Shown one piece after another: positions 12,975 to 24,410 of a DNA stretch of 34,548 nt; position 1 is the first letter of the stretch, and each line of letters starts with the position of its first letter. A program made the translations under genes and the position numbers. Origin of the DNA: Conidiobolus incongruus B7586 (taxonomy: Eukaryota); the NCBI GenBank assembly GCA_000697335.1, contig JNEM01008199.1, positions 1-34,548 on the forward strand, read 5' to 3'. Under the pieces are notes generated by a model. The model was not told the DNA's origin. It searched no databases and saw only the letters and a program-made list of their open reading frames with translations.

Positions 12975-14296
12975 TTAGTGCAGAAATTAAGTAATGGCAC
13001 AATTTTAAAATTAAAATTAAACAAATAAAATTAATAAATAATATATAAAAATTAATAAATAATATAAAATTAATAGCCTTTTTTATTATTAATAACTCTT
13101 TTCTATACTATTAGTAAGCTTCTAATACCTAAAAAACAATTCTTTTTATTAAAGACTGAAATTTAATGTTTTATGAACCAATTTAATTTGTTTGTAGGAA
13201 TTTTTTTCCTGCAAGCTGTTTTTTTAATTGTCTAAAACAATTATAATCACATAAGTTATAATCAAGTAAATATACTAGATGTGGTAACTCCCTTTAATTT
13301 TTTTATATAAAAAATCTTTTACAGCTTTAACTTTATATATTTTATAATTATTATATAAAATAATAGGTGTTTTTAATTTATATTAAGAATACTATTTAGA
13401 AATTGTTTTATTTAAAAAAATAATATATAACTTACTATTAATTAATTTTCCTTGAGGTATTAAATAAAAAAACTATATACTATTATAATTTATTACAACA
13501 ATTAATATTCACTTATATTTAAAGTGTTTATTCATTAAAATTTATAGAGGGGATTAATTTAGCTTAACCTAACATTTTGTTTTATTTTTAAATAAAGGAT
13601 TATATAAAAGAATTTAAAATTTATTAATTATAAGTATTTATTGTAAAAACCTTCATTTTTAGTTATACCTTAATAAATTTAATTTAGCTATAACTACTCT
13701 AATTTTTTTTTAGGCTTCTATTAAATTATAAGATATCTATTTTACATTTTTATTAATTAATTTAAGTTTAAACTTAAGTAAATATAACATGCTTGTATAA
13801 TTAACATTAAATTACTTTGATAGTTCTTTAACAAAAATAAAAAGGTATTTCTTAATATATTTTTTTACTTTATTAATAAATAAAAGAGTAACAATAGAAA
13901 TTAGTCTTTTAGATTTTAGTAAATTTTAAATAATGTCTTTTCTAGCTTTAAAATCACAAATCTAGTGATATATAGTAGTTTTAAATAAAATACTATCTTT
14001 ATAAGCTGTTTACAAGTTTTAGATAATTTTAAAAGGTTTATAGTTAAGTTTTAAAGATACAAAAATAAAAACCTTTTGATAATCACAATCTAGTTTAAGC
14101 ATAATTAAATTTAAGTATAAATTTTAAAATCAAAATATTTTAATAAAAAAAGAATTAAAATTGAATATATATATATATATAGTTTGAAAATATTTATTTT
14201 CCTATATATTATATATATATATAATCTTTCAAAATGTATAATATGTTTGAAAGATTAGAAATTAAAAAATTTGCCATTTCTTAATTTCTATACTAA
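12975..14296 (-). mobile_element. Full-length (1322 bp) mariner-family DNA transposon, inactivated
   Basis: Left TIR TTAGTGCAGAAATTAAGTAATGGCA (from 12975); right TIR, reverse-complemented, TTAGTATAGAAATTAAGAAATGGCA (ending 14296). TA flanks both ends (12973-74 and 14297-98). A transposase relic lies inside. Confidence 0.92.
13070..14102 (-). pseudogene. Mariner DD34D transposase pseudogene (~344 codons)
   Basis: ATG at 14102. Degenerate motifs: TAYKDSILFKTTIYH*ICDFK..NLLKSKRL (HTH, cf. D.PRSGRP), K*ISYNLIEA*KK (WVPHEL), LIINKF*I (T.DE.W), ILYNN (LHDN), ELPHLVYLLDYNLCDY (PHP.YSPD..P.D), GIRSLLIV*KRVINNKKGY*. Many stops, few indels. Confidence 0.88.
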
Positions 14297-14299
14297 TAA

Positions 14300-15673
14300 A
14301 TGAATTTGGGTTATCAGAGACGGGGTACAGTTTTGTATCATCTGAGTATACTGGAAACTTGTTAACCTCTTTATTCCACTAGGTAATTTTCAAATTAATG
14401 ATGTCTCAATCTAATTGATATTTGTTTAGACTTGATAGTACTCAATTTATTTGCTCAAAATCTCAAAAGATTATTAAAAAAGTTTTTAATTATTTAATAC
14501 CCGATGTTCAAGAAAGGCAAATAGTATTAATTTAATGGTGATAATTTATATATTGACAAATTGATAGACAAAAATTGAGAAAATCTTATCCTGATAATCC
14601 ATCAATAATCGAAGAATTATTTCTTCCCATTGATAATATTCAAGATCACAAAGTAATACATATTGAATTAAGGTTTCAATTATAAGGATTAATGGATTTT
14701 TTAGATAGAATTGATACATGCTGAATATACTGAAGAATCTTTTGAATTGTATAAGGCATATCAAATGAGTGTACATAAAGATAAAGAGGAGGATGTCAAA
14801 CCCGATGGATTCAAGGGATTGCTGGATAATTCACTTATTAAAAGTAATCAGATCAGCTATATTGTAACTTTATCTAATTAATTTATTAGTTCGAACCAGT
14901 TCCAGATATAGTAACTGAGGGATATGGAAGCTTTCATCAAAAATATTATTACAAAAGGAAAGCTAATAGCTCTAAGCGTATTGGTTATTCTACCCGAATC
15001 AGTATCATCTGTTTAATTATGTATAACCCTGAGTATGAAAAACTCAGATTAGGAACATTTTCAGCTTTGAAACAAATTCAATTAACATTACAACTACATA
15101 AAAAATTATCAAAATTGAAATATTATTACATGGGATTGTATATACATAACCGTCCTAAAATGAAGTATAAAGCAGAATATCATCCTAGTTATTTATTAGA
15201 TCCGGTATTTAGTAATTTTGTTTAAATAACAAAATCAAACTCATTTTCTTTGTAAATTGCATAGGCCTCTTTGCGTTGGGTTCCATTTTTAGAGTGTGAG
15301 AATTGATTGAATGGACCTCTAAAATTAAATGTACTATATACACCCTTGATATCTGATTCTACTTCACCTTTACCTGGTAATCTTCAATAGTGTACTATAT
15401 ATCTATGCTTTATAAGTATGGATCCTAATGACAAATCACATTTATAAAATTTGGAAATTCAAATGACAGTTTTAAATTTGGGACAAGATAGAGTTTGAAT
15501 GGTATTTCTTGGGGAGGTATTCGATCAATCATATGATATAGATTAGTTATTATCTAGTAAATTAGTGTATTATAAAATATTTTAAAAATGAAGTCGAAAT
15601 TATCGACCATTTCAAATCAGTGTTTACTACATTGGATCCTCAGATAGTTAATCAAATGATTCTCTCTTGTTGA
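14300..15673 (+). pseudogene. ATE1: Arginyl-tRNA--protein transferase (ATE1) pseudogene, intron-containing and 5'-disrupted
   Basis: Exon relics MNLGYQRRGTVLYHLSILETC*PLYSTR, LDSTQFICSKSQK, ELYKAYQMSVHKD, GYGSFHQKYY..LIALSVLVILPESVSSV*, LGTFSALKQI and YYYMGLYIHNRPKMKYKAEYHPSYLLDP. Premature stops at ~14363, 15014-16 (with a frameshift) and ~15304. Confidence 0.88.
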
Positions 15674-15888
15674 ACAAATTAATAACTGAATAATATTACT
15701 CAAACTGAGATCTAATCATTCTGACAAAACTTAGGTCATTTTAAATTTGTAATATCCAGCTATTAGATGTTTTCATCCTTTTTTAATCCCATAAATCATG
15801 AAACGATCCTTGATTTTAATTTGTTTATTTAATTGGAAATCAGTCACTGAAGTTCATACAGATTATTATTGATAAATTTTATCAAAAA

Positions 15889-16975
15889 ATGAATATTTTA
15901 CCTCATAAAAGGTATTAAAATTTAAAAATAAACAGTTATTTAGTTTAAATATTAATTGATAAATTTTACAGTTGGAATGTTTATAATAAAGAAAATCAAG
16001 CTAAAGTTGCCGAGGATGAAGCGAAATATGAAGCTGAATTAGAAAAGAAAAAACAGGAACAAATTGATAATGTAAATAATATAATTATATTTTATATTTA
16101 AATTATCTGATATTTTTTATTAGGACCGACTTTATAGACTTCAGTTTTTAAGGAATAAAGCTCATGGAGTTTCAGAACCAGAGCCTGATTACGGTAAAGG
16201 CCCAAATGAAATAAAACAGCATTTTAAAAAACATGAAGATAACATTGATATAAATCATGTTTATGAACATATTAACTTATTTCAAGAAAAAGATGAGAAA
16301 GTAACGTTTTTCAAATTTTAAAATTAAACAATATTTAATTTCATTTTAAAATAGAAAGAATTACAGGCTAAACCGTTATCTAAAATTGACAAACAGAGAG
16401 AATATGCTAAATCAGATAAAAATAATTTATTTAATAAGAGTAATAGTAAGCACTTATTAATTGGTATTTGCCTATTGTAAAAGTATTAAATTGAAATTTT
16501 AGTCCCTCAGCCATGGTATACCAAATCTTCAAAAGAACTGCTTAGCGATGAGTCTCAATCAAAGAGGTATATCTTAGTATTATATATTTAAGTAATTATT
16601 AACCATTATCTTAATTTAGTAAACATCCTCCAATCATTTCATCTTCCACATTAGATGATCCTCTAACTTTGATCAAAAAATATACCAATACAGGCCATGT
16701 AAATATTTATATAAAATAATTTTACTTTTCGAATATTTTTAACCTATTATTTCGTTTTTTAGAGCGAAAATTATGAAGAACCAAAATCTAAAAAGAAGAG
16801 GAAGCATAAGTCATCAAAACGCGATAAAGAGCGTAAAAGTGAAAGTTCTCACAAATCTTCAAAGCGGGATAGAGAACATAGGAGTGAAAAATCTCGTAAA
16901 TCATCAAAGCACGAAAGAGAATACAGAAGTGAAAAATCGCATAAACCTTCAAGTCACTCAGGAAAATATGAGTGA
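15889..16975 (+). CDS. LENG1: LENG1/Saf4-like spliceosome-associated protein (Cir_N domain), 7 exons
   Basis: Spliced N-terminus MNILPHKSWNVYNKENQAKVAEDEAK; later HINLF, PWY and DDPL motifs; Lys/Ser/Arg-rich C-terminus; introns GT-AG and in phase. Confidence 0.85.
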
Positions 16976-17470
16976 AAAATCTCACAAATAGTATTAGCTT
17001 TATTTATAATTTATAACAATGTTTAAAATATGTTAATGTAATCATAATAAATTTAAAATTCATAGTGATATAAGAAATATATTTAGTTATATTTATGAGT
17101 TGTAATCAATATATGTAAATAGAATATACAGCTATGATTTTATGTTTCATATTTTTCATTTTAAATAGTAATTCTTCGAATGCACTGAATTATACAAAAT
17201 ATTAAATGAAAGTATTATAATTATTATAACTCCATTGGAGATAAATACAATTTTTATTATTAAGAAATTTAATAATAAACATACCAATAATATATAAATA
17301 TATAAATCAATAAACAATTTTAGAAAAAATAAATATTGTTAATGTTCATTAATAAATAATCAATGAAAACTCGTGTAAAAATAAGTTGAAGCTAAATATA
17401 ATTAAGCAAAAATAGATTTCAAATTACAAAATATTTAGCAAATAATGGAATTGTGCCAATTCTTTAGCAT

Positions 17471-17553
17471 AGTTAGATAAACGAGTGGTCTGAGGTGCCA
17501 CGCTCGGGTTGTGATCTACTATGTAGGCAGGAGTTCGAGCCATCCTTTGATCA
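17471..17553 (+). tRNA. Degenerate type-II tRNA (Leu-like body, CGG anticodon), probable pseudogene
   Basis: 83 nt. D-loop CGAGTGGTCTGAGG; anticodon arm CCACG-CTCGGGT-TGTGA; long variable arm CTAC-TAT-GTAG; GTTCGAGC T-loop; discriminator A; TTTT at 17557-60. The acceptor, D and T stems have several mismatches. Confidence 0.75.
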
Positions 17554-17675
17554 ATCTTTTAATTATATTGCCCTTTGCTCATCCCTAAATTTCCCATAAA
17601 ATAAATCAACTTTATAATCGAATATTTAGAAATTGCTATTTTGATTGTATTAATATATTTTGAGAATATTTGAAA

Positions 17676-18133
17676 ATGGGAAAGAATAAAAAAATCCAAA
17701 ATAGAGAAGAAAAATAATTCATCTACTTCTACCAATGGACCAGGCATATTAAGTTGATCTTGTCAAGTAATATATTTTCACTAAAACTTGTAATTAGAGG
17801 AGCCAAAGTCTAATGGATTGTTTCGAATTATTGTTGATTCAATATTTACTCCTGGTGCTAATCCAGTATTAGTACGTATATTCGATGTTGCAATGATATT
17901 CTTGGCAATCACTCTGTTGGTTTTGGCATTTGTAACTGGATGGAATTTCCATGTGGTTTTCTTTTTAATATTTTCTATTACATTTTTATTTGCATTTCAC
18001 TGGTAATAATATAAAGTTTTTTTGAAAGATAATTGTTAAATGCTGATAATTAATTAGGTTTTTAAGTGAACTTGAAGTAGTAAAACAGAATGAATCAAAT
18101 GAATCCAAATCAGAAGAAAAGAAAAGGCAATAA
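17676..18133 (+). CDS. PKR1: V-ATPase assembly factor Pkr1 (5' end uncertain)
   Basis: SIFTPGANPVLV followed by two TM segments with WNFHVVFF. An intron after ...FHW leads to FLSELE...KRQ* (stop 18131-33). The start is unresolved (see findings). Confidence 0.8.
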
Positions 18134-18534
18134 TCCAGTTGTATATCTTAAAATAATTTAATGTAGTAAAATTCAGATTCGCCATGATATAAAAATATTA
18201 TAAATTCAATAATCTAAATCACTTTAAAAGTCAGCCATAACCCTGTATTTTGTAAATCAAAGCTAAACAATTAAATTTCACATATAATATTGAAGCAATC
18301 CGTGTATTCAACAAATAATGAAGTTGATTATAATGGGATGAATTAATCTGATGAAAGAATAAAGCTTATTGTTGATACAGTTGAGTTGAATCGATATACA
18401 GAAAAAAAATACAATAAAAACTTCAAAATCAAACTTGGTTGGATATTTTTCACTGAGATTAAGCTATAGTTATTATTATATTTGAAGTGCAAAGTAAATA
18501 AGCCAACAATATTTCAAATCATTAGATAATGGCA

Positions 18535-19605
18535 TTAGTGGAAAGATCCTTGATTACCGTGTTGTTGATAGCCTCCTTGTTGATATCCACCTTGTTGATA
18601 ACCACCTTGTTGTTGATAGCCTCCTTGTTGATAACCACCTTGTTGTTGATAGCCTCCTTGTTGGTAACCACCTTGTTGTTGATATCCACCCTGTGGTTGG
18701 TAACCACCTTGTTGATAACCACCAGATCCATATCCACCTTGACCAGGAGGAGGTCCGTGTATAGGTTGATTGCCTCCAGAGTGTAAAGGAGCAGATTGCT
18801 CTTTGTTCTTATTTTTATCTTGGTAATGATCATAAGCCATCTTAGCACCATAAGCCAAAGCACCAGCAGCTAACAAACCACCAGCAACTCCACCAACAGT
18901 CTAAAATAGATTGGATAAGTCACCTTAATTACAAAATTAATAAAATATAAAAATACCTTAAGAGTATCGTAATCTACAGAAGAGTTAGGGTCGAAACCTT
19001 GAGGATATGAGCCCTGATTAATTTAGTTTAATATCATTATTTTTATATAAATATAGGTTACTTACAGGGATGAATCTTAACACAGTTTGAATTTCACCAT
19101 GTTCTTTACCACCTTTGCCAACAATGTAGTATTGATTAGTTTGACCAGTTTGGAAAACACCATGTAAGGGGATAGTGGTACCACCTGATGAGCGCATAAA
19201 TATTATAAATGTTAAATCTTGGAAATATATGACTCACCAATCAGATCATCAGCAATTCTGTCAGAGTCCCAGAGTTCCAGCTTGATTTCGTCCATCTTTT
19301 CGGTGACACCTAAGCGGAAAGTTTGGTTCCAAGTGGCTTCTTTACCAGCATTCTTCTTAACTTCAGTCTTGAACTTTTGATGGCGAGATTTGATTAAGAC
19401 GTAGGCATCATTACCTCCTCCTAAAAGACATATTTGTTAAAAACAATAAAATTCGTTGGTATATAAAAGAAATACTTACCAAAGATACCATCCTTATTCT
19501 TTAAATTACGAGCGTCGACTAGATGAATATTGGGTATAAGGTATATGAATATAAGATAATTGAAGAATACTTACGAATTGAGACTTCTAAAGTACCAACG
19601 GGCAT
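18535..19605 (-). CDS. C2-domain protein with C-terminal Gly/Tyr/Gln low-complexity repeats, 6 exons
   Basis: Spliced MPVGTLEVSILDARNLKNKDGIFGGGNDAYVLIK...KFKTEVKKNAGKEATWNQTF...KLELWDSDRIADDLIGGTTIPL..VF...HGEIQTVLRFIP (C2 fold), then GGVAGGLLAAGALAYGAKMAYDHY and a (GGYQQ[Q])n tail. Confidence 0.88.
18562..18723 (-). repeat. Coding tandem repeat: 10 copies of GGYQQ/GGYQQQ/GGYQPQ (15/18-nt units)
   Basis: Read directly from the sequence and from ORF 18535-18876. Confidence 0.95.
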
Positions 19606-20110
19606 GATATGAGACAATTAAAACTGATAAGAGAAATGATGAATGAATAGGATATGACTTGGTTATTTATAGTGGGTGATGTCACCTTATCAAGTTTGAG
19701 CTTTTGTTTCAAATTTGGAATTATCCCAAATACAAGAAAATTCAGCTCCATTGATTATTCTGCGGAATTGCAAAGCTTGTGTGTTTAATTGGATAAAGAA
19801 TACGCCATCGACAATTATCTTGGATTTATATTTAGCGATTTAATAATCTTATGACATCAATCATTATTTGATAGTGTGATATTTCAGCTCAAATGTGAAT
19901 ATTAAATTATTTGGTAACACTTGAACTTTTATTTTGAATATTAATAAAATATAAGCAATTAACTTCATATATCATATGCGAATCATTTAATCTCTCTTCT
20001 ATTATTTTTGGAATATTACTTTTTTATTTTAAGTACTATCCTTGAACTAAGGATATTGAATATATTTGGCTAAAGTAAAAATTTGAAATATCATGTTTAT
20101 TCATAAATTG

Positions 20111-20134
20111 ATATATATATATATATATATATAT
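20111..20134. repeat. (AT)n microsatellite
   Basis: Direct reading. Confidence 0.9.
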
Positions 20135-21307
20135 CAATTCTTAACATCCATAATTTTTCAGTTTTGATGACATCATCAAATACTACAAGTATTCAAGTAA
20201 TTGGTCAAAAATTTTCCAATTTTTCATTTATTTAAAATCTAAATATATTATTAGATAGGTTATTAACACATTAAATCAACTATAACTACTTAATTATAAT
20301 ATCCTTAAAAATTCATGATTAAGTTGGATTCAATCCAATATCTACATAATTTTTTAACCAATTATCTGAATTTAAAAAAAACATCTATTCATTCAAATTG
20401 GATTTTAATTCATCTTTAATTTGTTAATACTAATTTACTTTACCTAATATAATCATTGATATTGAAAAATGATTTCTTGATATTTTAATATGGTATAAGG
20501 CTAAATACACCCAAAGGAATTAACCCAAATTAGATTAATATATGTAGATTATTCGATAGCAACCAATATTATAGTATCATATCACATTTTATATAAAAAT
20601 CTGGCTAATTTATCACATAATTTCATATGTCCAACGATTTGTTAAATATTTGGGTGAATTATAATATAATAAACTATTATTGAAGATAGTTGATTAAGCA
20701 TCCGAGCATTGTGATACAATTCGCATACCATTTAGCATATACTATTAGACTTGCATATCTATAAATAATTAAGATATTTCTTTAAATTTGCCACGCTTGG
20801 TTCAAGTAACTGCATTTTGATGTCCATACAGCTAAGCAATTATCAGTAAAAAACTTATAATTCGTGTGTATAATAAGTACTTATTCCGACTTGTAATACT
20901 TATTTATCAATAATAGAAATAATTCTGAGTATATTTTTATTCCAAGAGTAAAATGTAATTTGTATCTAAATCATTAACAAAAATGATTGATAATATGAAA
21001 AACAAATATAACTGATTGCTTTACTGGGTAAATAATTAAATTTTAATTCAATCTATTGCCCAGGTTTATTCAATAACATGTTAATATGGCTAGAAATAAT
21101 GCTGATGCATATGTTATAGTCAACAATCAACAATAAATAAGATTTTGTAGGATTTTAAACCAAGTTAAAATTTATAAAGTTACTACTCTTTTAACATTAT
21201 ATTTAAAAATTGATTTATAGAAAATAATATTAGAATTTGCATGAGTTTAAATTTTATTATTGAAATTTTGGTTATTAAACATGTTCAAACACTTTTCAAT
21301 GATAACA

Positions 21308-21311
<4 letters not shown>

Positions 21312-21350
<39 letters not shown>
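21312..21350. repeat. (AT)n microsatellite
   Basis: Direct reading. Confidence 0.9.
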
Positions 21351-21353
<3 letters not shown>

Positions 21354-22051
21354 ACCAATTTGAATGGCAATATAATCATAAGACATCACATAATTATAGT
21401 TCAATGACTTAAAATTCAAATTCTCTTTTTTCAATTATTAGCATTGGAAATTGATTGATTTATATACATAAACCAAGGATTCACAATCAAATTATGACCA
21501 AGAGTGTTTTGTATTTATCATAAAATGTAATAATTTATTTCTTCATAATTGGAAAAATCCGATTCAATGTGATTGTTGATAACTTTATAGTTTGATTGTT
21601 GATCCCAATTTCATTTTGGAGGTATTTTTGTTTATTTTAGAAAATTACTCAGTATTTAAACCTGGTTAATAGCATCAGTTTATTTTGAGTGTTTTAATCT
21701 ACATCCTGCTTTGCTAATACACTGATAATTTGCTGTATTTTCAAAAATGAACAAACTTAATAATAGTAGCTAACTAATGTTAATCTTAGAATAATTTCAA
21801 AAAAATTAATTTATAATCATCTAATCAAATTATTTTATCACTTAATAAAATTTTCAATTCAAGAAATTTTGGTTTAATATTATTAAAAGTAAACAACTTG
21901 ATTAAATAGGTGTACTTAATTGTATAATAATTAATTGATATATTTTATAAAATCAATATATAATATTCCAAAAACTTGAATTCTTATTAATACTTGGGTT
22001 TGATTGATTGAAACTTTTTTATATAATAAGCAATTTAAAACATGTTTGAAG

Positions 22052-22053
<2 letters not shown>

Positions 22054-22083
<30 letters not shown>
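22054..22083. repeat. (AT)n microsatellite
   Basis: Direct reading. Confidence 0.9.
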
Positions 22084-22086
<3 letters not shown>

Positions 22087-23184
22087 ATATTATTGTAACT
22101 ATCAATAAAATATTATGCACAATATAACAATTATAAAAGTTGATGGTATGCAAAAATAATCTTTCAATATTTTCTTGCTAATAATGCCCATGATATTAAT
22201 TTTAAAAATTTGTAAACAGCCTATGATAATTAATATTACAATAATGATTTAATTGATTTAGACAAATTCATAATTTAATACAAAATTCTAATATATTCAT
22301 TATTATATCATAGTGAATTCAACTTATAAGTAGTTTAATCAATAAATCTGAGTTTTATATTATAATATATTTTCTTTTTAACTTTATATTAATTGAAAAA
22401 TTATTCAGACTTCTATGCTAGAATTGATGTTTTTTAAATAAGGAATTTAATTCAAGATATTTTATACAATCGATTAAATCATAAAATTTTATTTCTGTCC
22501 CTAATAATATGCAATACATCCACCTTAGGAGAATTTCACCATGATACCAGTTTTCACACTGTGCAATCATATCATTAAGTTAATTTTCGAATATAAAATA
22601 ACTAATGTTTGAAAATTTTATCTTAATTATAGAATATATTTGTCTAATCAACCTTGACATTGAATTATTTCTAAGATAGAAATTTTCATTAATTTTAAAA
22701 TCAAAATAATTTTGAGTTGTATTCTATTAATATATCATAAATAATATTCAATGATAGTTTTATAAAAATACTTTAGTTAATAGACTATTTTGAAATATTT
22801 TATTAGTAAAATGCCACTAATTGCCATTATATATTTTATTCAATTTGTTTTATATAGCTTGAGGTTTTGATTAAATGTTCCAAATAATTCTAATTAGATG
22901 ATAAATCTTTAAAATAATAATAGTAAAAAATTTTTTATATGTTTATTCAATTGGAATATAGGTTTTATATATTATTTTATAAAAAAATTTATTTTGAAAC
23001 TAGGAATAATTTTTAATTTTAATAGTTTGATCAATAAAAAAAAATAATATTTACTTGAGACTTTGAAACCAAATTTCTCACTAGTCCCATAATAATAAAT
23101 GCAATTTATATAAATTAAAGCCTCTAAATCTGATGTTATTCAAACAATATATTCATATTTAATAAACATATTCTAATAAACATA

Positions 23185-24410
23185 ATGACACCAAACCTAG
23201 TTAAAAGATCAATATTAATGTTTAGTTCTATATCCGTATTATTAATCTCCTATTTACTAGTGAATCATTTAAGTTTTGTAAATTTTCATTTTGAGCATAA
23301 TATCCTACGTAGGGAGGAATTTCCTATTGCTATTCACAATACTAAACAATTGTCTACTTCAACTCCAGACCAGAAAGGGAGACCTAAAGCATGTTTTGTT
23401 ATTTTGGCTAGAAATTCGGAATTGGAAGATTGGATATTTAGTATGAGGCAATTAGAGCGTAGATTTAACCATAGACATAATTATCCATATGTATTTTTAA
23501 ATGATAAGGAATTCTCCGCTGAATTTCAAGAGAGAGTTAGAAATCTCACTAATTCTAAAGTAGAATTTGGTCTAATTCCCCATGAACATTGGGGTTATCC
23601 CAATTTCATTGATCCTAAAAAAGCTGCAGATAATAGATTTAATAGTAAGCATATTGTGTATGGACCATCAGAAAGTTATAGACATATGTGCAGGTGAATA
23701 TAATATTATTTACTACAAAACAAGCATTTATTCATATATTTTATAGATTTGAATCTGGATTCTTCTTCAGACATGAATTAACCTTAAAATATGACTACTA
23801 TTGGAGAGTTGAACCCAATATTCAATTTTACTGTGATATTGAACCCGATCCATTTCAATATGTACATGATAACAATATTCAATATGGATTCACCATTACA
23901 ATGCCAGAAGGTATCAACACCATTCCATCACTGTGGTCAACGGTGAAAGACTATCTCAATGAGAACAACTTGATGGATCAAGTGTTAGCCAATCCTAATC
24001 ATAAATTTATTAGTAATAATATGATGAAAGACTACAACTTATGCCACTTTTGGACAAATTTCGAAATTGCTTCTTTTAATCTGTGGAGAAGTGAGGAGTA
24101 TTTGAAATTCTTCGACTATTTAGACCGTAGTGGAGGTTTCTTTTACGAGAGATGGGGAGATGCGCCTGTTCACAGTATTTATGCCAGCTTGTTTTTACCT
24201 CCTGAGAAAATGCACTTTTTTGAAAATATTGGGTATAATCACGAAGGCTTCATTCATTGTCCATTTAAAAAAGAATCTGCTCTCAGCTGCCATTGTGATC
24301 CCAATAGCAGCTACAGTTTAACTAAAAGATCTTGTACACCTGATTTTTTGAAAATTCAATCGAAATTATGGAATCCATTAAGTCAACAGGGTCATAGGCT
24401 CAGTGTTTAA
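23185..24410 (+). CDS. Glycosyltransferase family 15 alpha-1,2-mannosyltransferase (KRE2/MNT1/KTR family); intron 23694-23746
   Basis: Type II membrane anchor; ACFVILARNSEL, YPYVFLND, SYRHMCR|FESGFFFRH, YYWRVEP, YNLCHFWTNFEI and GGFFYERWGDAPVHS motifs. Confidence 0.95.

Noticed and set aside
14546..14776. 76-aa minus ORF
   Set aside because: Antisense to ATE1 pseudogene exons.
16773..16991. 72-aa plus and 65-aa minus ORFs
   Set aside because: Off-frame or antisense to the last LENG1 exon.
17559..17747. 62-aa minus ORF
   Set aside because: AT-rich chance ORF antisense to the PKR1 5' region with no homology signal.
18529..18786. Plus-strand hydrophobic repeat ORF (LLIASLLITT)n and the alternative-frame ORF 18522-18863
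   Set aside because: Antisense and frame shadows of the GGYQQ repeat in the spliced C2 gene.
19700..23100. Long AT-rich intergenic tract
   Set aside because: Only (AT)n microsatellites found; no supportable coding, RNA or CRISPR-like structure.
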